Shown here: positions 13,063 to 27,490 of the stretch, piece after piece
How the letters are laid out: every line of letters starts with the position of its first letter
Position numbering within the stretch: the first letter of the stretch is position 1
Source of the DNA: Eledone cirrhosa
Lineage: Eukaryota
Direction: 5' to 3'
NCBI GenBank assembly: GCA_964016885.1
Contig: OZ024758.1
Location: forward strand, 11,470,001-11,534,000
Length of the DNA stretch: 64,000 nt
The notes under the pieces: generated by a model
Told to the model about the DNA's origin: nothing
Databases searched by the model: none
What the model saw: only the letters and a program-made list of their open reading frames with translations
Position numbers and translations under genes: made by a program

Positions 13063-13272
13063 AAATAGAAGCTTTCGCCATATTATTTTAGCCTGATAGT
13101 GGGGTTTAGAACCCTATAAGAAATGCAAAAAGATGAGTATCAACGTATCTTCACTATCAGGCTAAAATATCTTTAGTAAAAAAAATATGGTGAAAGCTTC
13201 TATTTCTAATTTCAAACTTGCTCGCTGTTTCAAAACACACACACACACACACACACAGACACACACATATAT

Positions 13273-13391
<119 letters not shown>

Positions 13392-14413
13392 AGTCTGTAT
13401 ATGATAGGTAGTAAGAAATAGTCCTTACTATGCTGCAGTGTATATTATGAATTTTAACTGAAGACAATTTGTGTCAATTGTGTGTTGACTGTTGTTCGTT
13501 GATACACACACACATATATACCCACATCAAAACACACAGAGCACACACCTACAACATATACATATATACCCACACCAACACCAACACACACATACATATC
13601 GATGTATATATATTAACACACACACTACACACGCCTACAACACCAACACACACATACATATCGATGTATATATATTAACACACACACCTACACCAACAGA
13701 CAAATATATACAGATGTATATATTAACATATGAATAATCATTAAGACATTTAAACAAAGAAAAATATTGAAAACTGCTACTTTTTTTGGTTCTTAATTTT
13801 TGTTACGATTATTATATTATATATATTATATTATATTATATGATATCATATGATATTATATATTGTATTATATAATATATAATATATTATATTATAATAT
13901 AGTATATTATATATCATATAATACTATATATATATAAAATAATATCATTATCATCATCTCAAATAAAAAAATGGACATTACACAGAGATGATGATATGAT
14001 ATCATATATTATATTATATTATTTCTATATTTATTGCGATGCTGTTATAATTGTTATTATTGTTATTATTGTTAATACCATTTTTATGTAAGAAATTGTT
14101 ATTAATATACTCTTTGCATTGTCTTTCAGCTTAGCATTGTTACAATTATCATTATTATTATTTTTTCTTTTACTAAGAGGATGGTGGATGGTTATATTAG
14201 TAGAGTGGCAAAGAAAAATATTTGTGGCAATAAGTTATGGCCCTTTGTAGTTCGAGTTCTCATTCCACTGAGGTTAATTTTGTCTTTCTGCTTTCAGACT
14301 GACCAGTTAAGTACTTTTGTATTTCCATCTTTTTCTGTTCAGTGGGTTTTTATGCCTCATTATTAGACTATATTATAGTAAAAAATATCACGACGAAGCT
14401 TCTATTTCTATTT

Positions 14414-14472
<59 letters not shown>

Positions 14473-14479
<7 letters not shown>

Positions 14480-14730
14480 TAAAATAACAGATTAAAGTTT
14501 AAGCAAAGAATCGCTGCTTTCACCCTTAACGGAATCTTCTGAAACTAACAAAGTCAATCTGTTAGTTTCAGAAGATCCCGTTAAGGGTGAAAGCAGCGAT
14601 TCTTTGCTTAAACTTTAATCTGTTATTTTAATATATATTTGCTCTACGGTTCTTATATATTTGATATATATTTACCCTTATCGAGCCCTCTTTGGATTTT
14701 AGTCTTCAAATTTATTATTATTACTATATA
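14473..14730 (+). mobile_element. Palindromic (TA)n-inserted element, family J (other pieces at about 8425-8520, 16910-16960, 25830-25885, 30675-30902)
   Basis: about 78-bp inverted arms, then a 3' end ggattttagtcttcaaatttattattattactata shared by several copies. Confidence 0.65.
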
Positions 14731-14943
14731 TGTATATATATATATAGTTGAAAATTAAAGAAATTTCTAGGTAGAGTAAGATATATTTGCAAAAAAAGGA
14801 AAAGAATGACTTCACTGGTGGTTGGTGTTCTTTAATAATTCAAATCTTTACAGTATATCTTTATTGATATTAGTAATCTATCTATCTGTCTATCTATCTA
14901 TCTATCTGTTTGTCTATCTATCTATATCTATCTATATGTCTGC

Positions 14944-15017
<74 letters not shown>

Positions 15018-15870
15018 CTCTCTCTATATATATATAATTAACTATACCGCTCCATTAAATCTCAGGCCTTATGCCTATTCTAAAATTAATATTGTTTCTA
15101 CTATTGGCACAAGGCCAGCAATTACCCAGTACATTACTGGTACTTTATTTTATCGACCCCGTCTTCTAGTTCTTGCCACTAACTTACAGTCACACAGAGT
15201 AATCCCAGTCAGCCATACCATTTTTACCACTCTCTCCAACAGTTCATAATATTTACTTAATGCCCGCATCTACCTCTCTACGCTCATCATCTTCTTTAAA
15301 TAATCCTTGAATATATTAAGGAGAGTTTAGCTTAAGAGGGAAAAGGTCTGTCCCACTACACCTTTCAACCATGTCAACCCCACAACTTCCTTTGCCATAA
15401 CTACCATTCAGAAGTAGCCTACCTGTGCTTCCTTACCAAAGGAAGGCACTGGTTTAATTTTAATAATTATGATGGATTAATATGAGAGTATCCGACAAAA
15501 TGCTTTCTCTGCATTAAATTAAGTTAATATTTTATAAAAGCAGATCCCATCTTTCATTATTCCATCATTGATAAAATAAGTTTTAAACCACTCAAAATAT
15601 TGAGCTCTATCTAATTGATTATTGCCAAAAAATATTTATTGCCTTGTGCTAATGTTAAATACCATTGTTATTCTTACTTATTACTCTCCTCCTATTCCTC
15701 TTCTACCTCCTACTCTTCCTCCTCATCATTGCCATCATCATCATCATCATCATTTTGATCTGATTTTTTTTTTGTTTTTGTTGTTGCTTTTAGCCGGTGC
15801 AGCTTGTTAGGCACCAGATGTTTTTTAAAGTAAATTTTATTCTCACATTTATAGTATTTTATATATTTTT

Positions 15871-15904
<34 letters not shown>

Positions 15905-15925
15905 TACATGTATATATATGTGTGC

Positions 15926-16035
<110 letters not shown>

Positions 16036-16071
16036 ATATAGTATATATATATATATTATATTATATTATAT

Positions 16072-16104
<33 letters not shown>

Positions 16105-16152
16105 GTATATATATACATATATATATATATATACACATATATATATATACAC

Positions 16153-16185
<33 letters not shown>

Positions 16186-16205
16186 CACACATATATATAT
16201 ATGTA

Positions 16206-16330
<125 letters not shown>

Positions 16331-16346
16331 ATATAATATATATATA

Positions 16347-16384
<38 letters not shown>

Positions 16385-16727
16385 TATATATATAATAATC
16401 TCATTTCAGTTGTGATTGTTTATACTTTATATTTACAATGTCCTTAAACTTTAGGAGGCTGAATTTTTTAAATGAATTTCTTCCCTTGACACAGTATTAT
16501 GTATTAAGGGGGGATTACTCAATCAGTGAATTATGTCACCGACAGCACCAATAGGGTTAAGAAAGCCATGTACACTAAACCAATTCCAACCAATGTTACT
16601 ATTACTGTTGTTATTGTTGATGTTTTTGTTTTAATTAAAGTAATGACAAAACAACTCAGAAATATATGTTAGCTAGCAGAGTGCCTGTGTGTGGCAGGGA
16701 TAAATTGATGTTTGTATATATTTATAT

Positions 16728-16779
<52 letters not shown>

Positions 16780-16796
16780 TATATATATATTATTTA

Positions 16797-16835
<39 letters not shown>

Positions 16836-16860
16836 TATATATATATTATTTATTCATATA

Positions 16861-16912
<52 letters not shown>

Positions 16913-16963
16913 AAAGCAGCAATTCTTTGCTTAAACTTTAATCTGTTATTTTAATAAATATAT

Positions 16964-16995
<32 letters not shown>

Positions 16996-17127
16996 TTATG
17001 TATATGTATATACACATATAAAGGGTGTCCCCCCAAAATGCATACACTAATGTATGCATTTCAATAAATATTTTGTGTACATTTTTGGGACACCCTGTAT
17101 ATAAATATAAATATCATATATATGTTT

Positions 17128-17190
<63 letters not shown>

Positions 17191-17618
17191 CAATATATAT
17201 ATTATATATACACACACATATATATATATATACATATGAATAGTGTACTCATGTACTCACCACATCCAAATGGATGACTACTTCCATCACATTCTAAAAA
17301 CCATTTTCTAAAATGTTATAAAATTTTAACCCTTTTCTATTTTTTATTTAGTTTTTATTTATTTCACAATCAGAAAATATGAAAAATATTTGGAAATGAC
17401 GGAACATGAAAAATTTTCAATATTTTCGGTTAGGTAAACCATATTGATTTTATATGGAAATATTTAATTACTAAAAAATAAGTCTTTAAGTAATCATCTT
17501 CCTTAATGTTCAGTCTATGCTGTCACATTCAAATTGTCATATTTAGGTAATAAGACAGAGACGTCTCTAAGATATTTATTTAAACAGGAATAGAAATCAA
17601 TTGTGATAATTGTAGGAC

Positions 17619-17687
<69 letters not shown>

Positions 17688-17698
17688 GATATAAATAT

Positions 17699-17744
17699 AT
17701 ATTAAAGTTCTTTCGTCACACATCTGCGACATCATCAGTGGTAC
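17699..17744 (-). ncRNA. Degenerate hammerhead-like motif, family I
   Basis: gtacca-CTGATGA-tgtcgca gatg tgtgac-GAAA-gaac-TT-taatat; stem I weak. Confidence 0.45.
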
Positions 17745-17817
17745 TGTTATGTTTCCTCCCATTGTACTGTAAAGTCTACGCCATTTTTATATAATTTAAT
17801 TTAATAAATTAAGCATA

Positions 17818-17848
<31 letters not shown>

Positions 17849-17902
17849 ATATCTATCTATCTATCTAGTTATCTATTTGTCTATCTGTGTCTATATATAT
17901 AT

Positions 17903-17939
<37 letters not shown>

Positions 17940-18074
17940 TATGTAAATATATACTGATGCACACACATATATATTAAACACAGTTATTTTAATATTTAAA
18001 CTTACAAGCACACAGTCACACACACTCACACACATTTGCTTTACTGGATTTTGCATGATATAGCAGGAAGAGTG

Positions 18075-18110
18075 TCTTAACGTTTCGGACGCTAGTCCTT
18101 CATCAGAAGA
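18075..18110 (-). ncRNA. Minimal type I hammerhead ribozyme, family C
   Basis: tctt-CTGATGA-a ggac tagc gtcc-GAAA-cg-TT-aaga; ACGT palindromic stem III. Confidence 0.75.
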
Positions 18111-18237
18111 AAGAATGAGAAATAAAATAGATTGAGGGGACGGGCTGGATGGAATTGGAAAAAAATGTCTTAAGATAAAAATAGCAGGTCCATTCATGTT
18201 GACATCTCTTGCAAAACTGTTGGTGCTGGCGTTTATA

Positions 18238-18290
<53 letters not shown>

Positions 18291-18402
18291 TAAGAGGAAT
18301 TCCAACTTTGTCTGATTTACTCGTTTTATTTACAATCCTTTAACATTTATAATGGTATTATAATGAAATAGTATGATAGAATATTAAATGTTAAGTGTTA
18401 AT

Positions 18403-18441
18403 TGAACAAGTACTTTCATGCTTTCGCAATCTTCAGGTTCA
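18403..18441 (-). ncRNA. Minimal type I hammerhead, family D (left arm of palindrome)
   Basis: exact reverse complement of 18491-18529. Confidence 0.75.
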
Positions 18442-18490
18442 TAATGTGTGGTGACAGTCAAGTTTGCAATTTTCCTGTCACCACACATTA

Positions 18491-18529
18491 TGAACCTGAA
18501 GATTGCGAAAGCATGAAAGTACTTGTTCA
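18491..18529 (+). ncRNA. Minimal type I hammerhead, family D
   Basis: tgaac-CTGAAGA-t tgc GAAA gca t-GAAA-gtac-TT-gttca; GNRA-capped stem II, palindromic stem III. Confidence 0.78.
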
Positions 18530-19106
18530 ATTAACACTTAACATTTAATATTCTATCATACTATTTCATTATAATACCATTATAAATTTTAAAGGATTGT
18601 AAATAAAACGAGTAAATCAGACAAAGTTGGAATTCCTCTTATTAATATAATCTTCTATACACAATCATACACACCCGTGTATATTTATCTATCTCTGTCT
18701 CTCTCTCTATATATATATATGAGTATGAATTCAGTTTGAAACTAGTTAGGACCTTATTCAAGAGAGTATTTGATACTTGGGGCAGTAGAGTATAGTTTTA
18801 TTGTAAATAGTTCGGACCCAACAGCTGAGCTCTTGCTGTTTCAACAGCCAGAACTTGCTGTTGAAATGGCAGGAGATCAGATATTGGGGTCACAACTCTT
18901 TATCATATAATACATATATATATATATTGCTATATTTGGGGAGGGTCATATTGTTATAATATTGCCAGAAATAATAACAGAACACACTCAATGTTTGGTT
19001 TGGGTTAGTTTTTGCTTCTGTATCTTTTATATCTCCATAGTTAATTTATTTGGCAATCAATGTTTATCATTGATTGACCAACAGTTAAAAATACAGATAT
19101 AAATAT

Positions 19107-19152
19107 ATATCAAAGTTCTTTCGTCACACATCTGCGACATCATCAGTGGTAC
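19107..19152 (-). ncRNA. Hammerhead-like motif, family I (second copy)
   Basis: gtacca-CTGATGA-tgtcgca..tgtgac-GAAA-gaac-TT-tgatat. Confidence 0.5.
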
Positions 19153-19222
19153 TGTTATGTTTTCTCCCATTGTACTGTAAAGCCTACGCCATTTTTATAT
19201 AATTTAATTTAATAAATTAAGC

Positions 19223-19255
<33 letters not shown>

Positions 19256-20062
19256 TATAAGTCAAGAAATAAAAATAACTCTGGCAATTATTTGAGACTA
19301 ACATCCTCCTAAATATATATCTAAAAAGTTTTATGTCAAAATTCTTCTTAAGGAAAATAGAATAGGAAATAGGGAGCAGTGACCTCAGATGTTTGGAAAA
19401 CTTTAATCTGGATGATATGTGAAATATGAAATAACTAAGCATGATCTGTGATAGCCATATTCTAATGTATATGTGAACATGTACTCAAATTTAGTGTGTG
19501 TGTGTGTCTGTGTATGTATGTGAGTATATGTGCTTGTGGCAGGTGGTATTGCTATATTCAACTTTGAATTTAAATATACATGTGCAGCTATAATTTAAAT
19601 CAAATATATTTTACTTCATTGTGCAGCTATTGAAACAAATATTTCCATTAACTGTTTTCCATATCTGTTTATTTCATGCTAGCATAGATAAAACAGATTT
19701 CTTTTCTTACAAGATTTGGAGATTTGAATATTTTTGAATAAAATGCTTCTACATGTAGTTGCCCCTCCTGATATTTAACTATTTGAAGACAGTGGCTTTC
19801 TATAGATCAATAACATTTTATATTTAATGGGAGGCAAAAGTATAAGAAGTAGAGAAAGTGTGTTGAAAGAGAGAAACATGGAGAAAACCAAAGAACTGGG
19901 AGGTATATGTATCCAGAGTGGTGGGTACAATACACAGAAGTAAGAAACTCACAGGAAGCCTGGACAGGACAGCAGAAGGTCTTCCCCTCAAGCAAGTGTT
20001 TCAGTCCTTAGTAAACCATGAAATATATTGTTCAGCTAAATATATATCTAATCTAATAGATT

Positions 20063-20291
20063 AGATCAGATTAGAAATTACCAAATAATGGTCACTGTAT
20101 GGTACCATAGATCAGATTAGAAATTACCAAATAATGGTCACTGTATGGTACCATAGATCAGATTAGAAATTACCAAATAATGGTCACTGTATGGTACTAT
20201 AGATCAGATTAGAAATTACCAAATAATGGTCACTGTATGGTACCATAGATCAGATTAGAAATTACCAAATAATGGTCACTGTATGGTACCA
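20063..20291. repeat. 46-bp tandem repeat x5
   Basis: agatcagattagaaattaccaaataatggtcactgtatggtaccat. Confidence 0.9.
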
Positions 20292-21069
20292 GCTGATAGA
20301 ATGGTAGATGCATTATATAGAGGACAATGAGGAAGATGTGCTGAAAGAACCAGTTTTAAATTATTACTAAAATATTTAACTGGCGAAATTATTACTAAAG
20401 TATTTTACTGGGACTTTTTTGTGAGCAGTCAAATTGAAAGCAGATTTACCTTATATACCTAAATATAAACCGACTTGAATATAAGGTGACCCCCATTTTA
20501 CCATCAATTTTTTAGTCACATATTCCTCAGCTTATATTCAAGTTTATGTGGTATATACCATTAACAAAGGCACAGAACGATAGATCAATAATAGATAGGG
20601 GACTTGAAATTAGTAACTGTTTGGTACATTCATATGTTTGCTAGATATATTTTTATATATAGATTAAATTTGGAAAACTATGTAGTTAGTACCCCTAAAA
20701 GAATACTAGTTGATATAAGTATTACCTAAATTTTGCTTAATTTGGTTGGGGCTTGTTCAGTCTAAATATAACTGGTTTTCCCAATCAACCAAATACAATA
20801 TTACACAGTTCTGTCTATCATTCACTTCTGTAAACATTATGTTCTTCGTGGACTCTAGTTTGGGATATTTTTCTGACACCCAAACTCTACGTTTCTGGAA
20901 GATGTATGTTTTTACAAAAGAATAAACATAAATGACAAGCACACACACACACAGACACACACACACACACAAAGGTGCATTTGAGTAATGGAAAAAAAAA
21001 GCTTGTGCATAGAGAGACAATTACTCGGTATCTATTTAAATTATAATTGTTTCTACTTTTGGCACAATA

Positions 21070-21149
21070 CAGTTTGTCCCAAAAAAACTGTATACACACT
21101 ACAACAGCATTCTAATCAAAGTCTGTATACATTTTTTGGGGACACCCTG
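21070..21149. mobile_element. 80-bp mariner-type MITE; second copy 17021-17097
   Basis: TA|cagtttgtcccaaaaaa...ttttttggggacaccctg|TA. Confidence 0.65.
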
Positions 21150-21462
21150 TATATATTTGATATCTTTTATTTGATATTCATTGTTATTTAACTGTGCGAT
21201 ATTTATTGACCCCTATTTGTCTAAATGTCCCGTAGAATATATCAAATATATATATTGACATTTTGGTTATTTTTTCTTCTACGTTTTCTGATTTGTTTCC
21301 TAATATAAAACTATTTTACCAATATTGGTTGAAACAATTATTTCCAGTTCAATATATCAACTCGGAATGGCCAAGAACACATGGTATCAAAACATTTACC
21401 CTTCTACATCGTTATCATTATCACCATCATTTATTTGCAGACATACACAAGCACACACACTC

Positions 21463-21493
<31 letters not shown>

Positions 21494-24415
21494 TACATAC
21501 ACAAGATTGCCCACCAGCAAGGTGGCTCATGAGGCAGTATGTAGTTGTCTGTTCAGTTTATGTACCTGATTTTCTGTGAACAATTTCCAATCTCTATATA
21601 TATATAGTATCAAGTACTCTGGTGCGTTATGGTCCACCTGTTTCCCTACCACACCTCCTTCGTTATATATATGTATATAATTTCCTTTCTTTCTCTCCCT
21701 CTCTGTATGTCTTTCTCTGTGTGTGTGTGATCGAAATAGCAACTAGAAAATGGTAGTACTGGTGCCAAACAAATGCTCCCAGTACTCACTGTAAAGTGAT
21801 TGAAATGAGAAAAGTCATCCAGCTGTAGAAACCCAGCCAGAAATTGGGTTATGATGATGATGAGGTGATGATATATATATATATATATATGTGTGTTTCA
21901 GTGTGTGTAACTATATATACATATATGTGTGTGTTTATGTGCATATGTTTATATCTTATATATATATATATTCCTCTTTAAATATCTTTTTTTCTGGTAT
22001 TTTAACATGGTATGTAAAAACTAATTTTATAAATATTTCCTGTATATTTTCCTTTCATTAATGTTATTCATTAGTATTTCATTAACACCCATACAAATAA
22101 TAATAATAAAAATAATAATTATTATTTCTACATTTGGTACAAGGCCAACAATTTGGGGGAAAGGGGAAGTGGATTAAATTGATCTCAGTACATTACTGGT
22201 ACTCAAATCAAACAAGTAATGGCTTTACTTTTTTCAAAGGTCGAGTGGTGGAGGGTATCAATATAATATAATACAAATAATTATTTAATATTAATTTACT
22301 GTTCTGTTATAAAAATTAATTAATAGAATGCATAGGTAAAGAGATAAATATATCTGCAGCTAGCTATATCATTTAAAATATATAATACATTGTTGAAATA
22401 ACTATTTTTCATAGATATGTATGATATTGTATTTCTGAAATGGCGAATGTAACATCATGCTTGAAGACCTATTAGTAAAATATTTAAGTTTGTGTATCAG
22501 CATTGACAAACATGATATTTCCAAAAAATCATTTATCCTGTCAACAACCATCTGGTTATTGACTGTCTGCCAGTCTATTCACATTATTCGATCTCACATG
22601 TTGGTGTCACAACATTATATATCTATTACAATATGACAACCAGCATATTGTTATATAATTTATATCATAAAACAAATGTGTAAAATTATTCATAGAAGAT
22701 TTTTATATATTTTTCAAGTTATGTATGTATGTATGTCAGTATATGTATGTATGTGTGTATGTATCATAAAACAAATGTGTAAAATTATTCATAGAAGATT
22801 TTTATATATTTTTCAAGTTATGTATGTATGTCAGCATATGTTTGTATATGTGTATGTATGGTTTATTTGTGGAGCGACGGACTCCTAGTTTTCATTAAGA
22901 CATCTCTCTTGGAGAAGGTTACTCTGATATAAAACCTGCAACTTTGTTTGCATCCAATGATGTAGATTAGTTCTTCTTTTTGGGCAAATGCATTCGATGT
23001 TCAGAGAGTGGGACTAGCTCCATGCAAAGCCTTTCATCACTTAAAAATGCTTCAAGCATGGACATCGCTTGATATGTGACATTTTTTTGCGATGCATGGT
23101 ATTGCTGGCCAAAGGTAAGTCCCTAGCTGGACTAAAAAGCCATGTCCATAATGTTCATGTTTAAGTATGGCATTACTCGAAATCGAGTTGCAGCCATTCT
23201 CATGTATATATGTATGTATGTTATCTCTTTCTCTTAATTTTGAGTATATTTTTTTGACCGGCCACCTTCCTGGTGGCAAGGTTGTAAAAGAAAAGAAATT
23301 GTCATCCCTTATGTATGTATGTATGTATGTATGTATGTATGTATGTATGTATGTATGTATGTATGTATGTATGTATGTTCTTCTGGTTTTATAATTTCAC
23401 AAAGTTTTACCAATAGAGAGAGAGTCTGTTTCTAACATAGACACAAGACTCTCTCATTGGAATTTACACATCAACTAGGTAGATATGTATGTATGTCTGC
23501 ATGTGTAGATATGGATGTTATTGTATGTGTGGATGTGTATGTTTTGAGTTGTATGTGTGCATGTGTATATGCTTTGCATCTGTATATGTGTATATGCAGT
23601 TATTAAATGCAAAATTTTTGAAATGTCTTACATATTTTTGTATGTATGTATGTATGTATGTATGTATGTATGTATGTATGTATATACGTACGTACGTATG
23701 TATGTATGTATGTATGTATGTAGTGTTTGCAGTAAGGACAACACGGATTAGGATCCTTCGTGGGGCCTGTTTAGGGGACAGATTCGGTATACAAATTAGT
23801 AAAACTATAGTGGAGGGTGCCTTTCATTTGGACTGGACTGCAGGCATCCTTGCTTCATTTATATGGATGTATGTAAATAGATGTGTGTATGAGATTGTGT
23901 GTCTGTAAGTGTGTGTATGAGATTGTGTGTCTGTAAGTGTGTGTATGAGATTGTGTGTCTGTAAGTGTGTGTATGAGATTGTGTGTCTGTAAGTGTGTGT
24001 ATGAGATTGTGTGTCTGTAAGTGTGGGAGTGTGTTTCTTCCTTTTGTATTTTTTCTCTTCCTTTATTTTCTGGAGAAGGACCTTATTCAAGATGTCAGAA
24101 TTGCCATTACTCGCTATCTCATAAAACTAAATTTCATTTTTGCCATAAAATGTCTTAGAGCCTTTTATCCATTCATTTTCTTTTGGGTGTTACCCATTCC
24201 ATTGTTCTGTATACACATACATACATAAATATATACATTCATAATGCATGCATATATATACATACAAAATACATACATATATATACACACATACATATAT
24301 TTGTAAACAGATTTTGTCTTGGATATTTAAGCTATTATACTTCAATTGAAAACTTTAAAGTTAGATAAATATTTTTCTTGCAATGTTTATATATATATAT
24401 ATATATATACATACA

Positions 24416-24483
<68 letters not shown>

Positions 24484-24619
24484 CATATGTGTTCATATGG
24501 ATATATTGATATGTATTCATGGTTATATGTTTGCATTTATTCAATATACCAATATATCCTTGTGCATATATATATATGTATATGTATATATGTATATATG
24601 TAAGTATATATATATATAT

Positions 24620-25228
24620 GCGTGTGTGTCTGACAGTTCAACTGTGTTATGTCATGTGTGTCGGACAGTTCCTCCATGTTATGTCATGTGTGTCGGAGAG
24701 TTCCACCATGTTATGTCATGTGTGTCGGACAGTTCCGCCCGTGTTAAGTGATGCATGTTAGACAGTTCCACCATGTTATGTCATGTGTGTCGGACAGTTC
24801 CACCATGTTATGTCATGTGTGTCGGACAGTTCCGCCCGTGTTAAGTGATGCATGTTAGACAGTTCCACCATGTTATGTCATGTGTGTCGGACAGTTCCAC
24901 CATGTTATGTCATGTGTGTCGGACAGTTCCGCCTGTGTTAAATGATGCGTGTCGGACAGTTCCACCATGTTATGTCATGCGTGTCGAACAGTCCCACCAT
25001 GTTATGTCATGCGTGTCGGACAGTTCCACCATGTTATGTCATGTGTGTCGGACAGTCCCACCATGTTATGTCATGAGTGTCGGACAGTTCCGGCTGTGTT
25101 AAGTGATGTGTGTTCAGACAGTTCCACCATGTTATGTCATGTGTGTCGGACAGTCCCACCATGTTATGTCATGAGTGTCGGACAGTTCCGGCTGTGTTAA
25201 GTGATGTGTGTTCAGACAGTTCCACCGT
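24620..25228. repeat. About 32-bp minisatellite with two interspersed unit variants
   Basis: tgtgtcggacagttccaccatgttatgtcatg and ...gttccgcccgtgttaagtgatg. Confidence 0.88.
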
Positions 25229-25652
25229 ACGACCAAAATCATAGAGCCCAGTATGACCGAAGACAATTATAAGATTGAATGAGTGAAATTTAATTTAATG
25301 ATGTGTATGTGTTCAAAAAAGAAAGAAAGAAACAAGTAAAGAGAGAGAGAGAGAGAGGATAGAGAGAAAAAGAGAGAGAGAGGGGGGAAAGAGTTTGAGA
25401 GAAGGAGAGAGATAGAAAATAAAAGAGAGAGAGAAAGAAAGAAAGACAAACAACATAATCATAATGCATTTTGGATATTCACCTTAACATCAGTTCTTTT
25501 ATTACATAATATGTTATTACTGTATGTTATTGCTTATTACATAACTATGTTATTACTATTACATACTTATATGATATTACTTGTTATATAACTATATGTT
25601 ATTGTATATTATGTACCTATATGTTATGTATGGCATATCTAAGAACTGACTA

Positions 25653-25708
25653 ACTGCCTGATGAGGTCATAGCCATTCAATGGCTATCATCGAAATATAT
25701 ATAGCAGT
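25653..25708 (+). ncRNA. Minimal type I hammerhead ribozyme, family G
   Basis: actgc-CTGATGA-ggtc atagccatt c aatggctat catc-GAAA-tatata-TA-gcagt. Confidence 0.85.
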
Positions 25709-25756
25709 AAATAAAGGATTATGAGTTCATGCAATTGACTTATGTTTCGTCACTGT

Positions 25757-25833
<77 letters not shown>

Positions 25834-26265
25834 TTATTAAAATAACAGATAGATTTTAGTCTTCAAATTTATTATTATTACTATATATGTATATATATAT
25901 ATATGTATGGACCTGTAACTCTGGATGGATTCATAGGGGAACTGTAATGATATATGGCATTTCTTGGGCATCTAAATCCTGGGAGAGCCCATTACCTCTC
26001 CAGGCTTATATATATATATATATTTCGTTTCTGAATTTGTTTAGCAAGATTCTTTATCTGAAAACGTGTGTTGAAACCGATATTGTTAGACTTTGGGAAT
26101 TTATAAATTCCTAAATTTATAAATTTAATTTATAATAAATTGAAGCGAAAGCAACTGGTGCGTGTGTTTCTTATTGGCAACATGACCCTCCCAAAGTATA
26201 ACAATATATATATATATAAAGGTAGAACACTGGAGGGTGATATCCGTAGTAGTAGAGCACTCAGT

Positions 26266-26304
26266 CCAAGCTGAAGATCCTCAAGGTGAAACATTTGTTC
26301 TTGG
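26266..26304 (+). ncRNA. Minimal type I hammerhead, family F
   Basis: ccaag-CTGAAGA-tcc tcaa ggt-GAAA-catttg-TT-cttgg. Confidence 0.7.
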
Positions 26305-26332
26305 TATGGTGAACTAACTGTTGTGTAACTAC

Positions 26333-26379
<47 letters not shown>

Positions 26380-26645
26380 GATCAAAAGATGGTTAAAAGA
26401 GTTCCATGTATTTTATAAAATACATGGAACTCTTTTAACCATCTTTTGATCTTATATTATTCATCCCACCAAGGTTGACCTTACGGGGTCGATAAAATAA
26501 AGTACCAGTAATCCACTGGGTAATTGCTGGCCTTGTGCCTAAAGTAGAAACAATTATTTATACTCCAGTCCTACAAACTGTAGAGTGCTACTTATCCGAT
26601 ATCTGCATTGCTTTATTGTACTACAATAAAACTCACCTCCTACAT

Positions 26646-26698
<53 letters not shown>

Positions 26699-27490
26699 TA
26701 AAACCATCCAGCTCAACGATGATATATATAGGTTTAGAAAGGGCATCCAACAATAGAACTGGCCCCTAATATGAATATATTGAATGGGATTTGGTACCTT
26801 GACTTATGTAGGAGGACAGTAGGGTTGAGGATAAAGAACTAACTCAAATATATATATATATATGTGTCTATATGTGTATATATATATATCATCATCATCA
26901 TCATCGATTAACATCCATTAGAGAGTGAGAGAGAGAGATAGTTAAATGTATCTCAGTAGTCAGCAGCTTGTCTTATAATACTTTCTGTAAATCTCAGGTG
27001 TGTCAGATTTGTAAGAGTTCATCATCATCATCATCATCACCGTTTTACGTCCGTTCTTCCATGCTAGCATGGGTTAGACGGGTTGTCCTGTTGTGGACAG
27101 TGTCTGGTCGGCTGACCATGCCTTGCTCATACAGCAATTGATTTTGGCTTGATTTCTACAGCTGGATGCCCTTCCTAACAGGGTATCCAGCTAATTAGAA
27201 TTGAAATACTATATATTACAATATACATACTGTTTAATACTATTTTAACTTTTTTCACTGCTGAGCTCTGAAATGTTTTATGCTATTTATAATGGGTTGG
27301 GTTACTGAGCCAAATTCCACCCTCAATCACAGAATGACAAAGTAGTGTAAATAAATTACAATTAAAATAAAGGAGAGACACAGAGAAACAAGTATAGCAA
27401 CTAAGAAGGTGACATCATTGTGGTGAAAGACCTTTGACAATTGAATATTAAATAATCATTGTTTATTAACCCTTCAGTATTTCAACCAGT

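Larger units (their letters stand above)
18284..18685 (+). mobile_element. Palindromic Penelope-like remnant, family D
   Basis: about 174-bp near-perfect arms 18284-18457/18475-18649, hammerhead in each arm, next to (TA)n. Confidence 0.7.
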
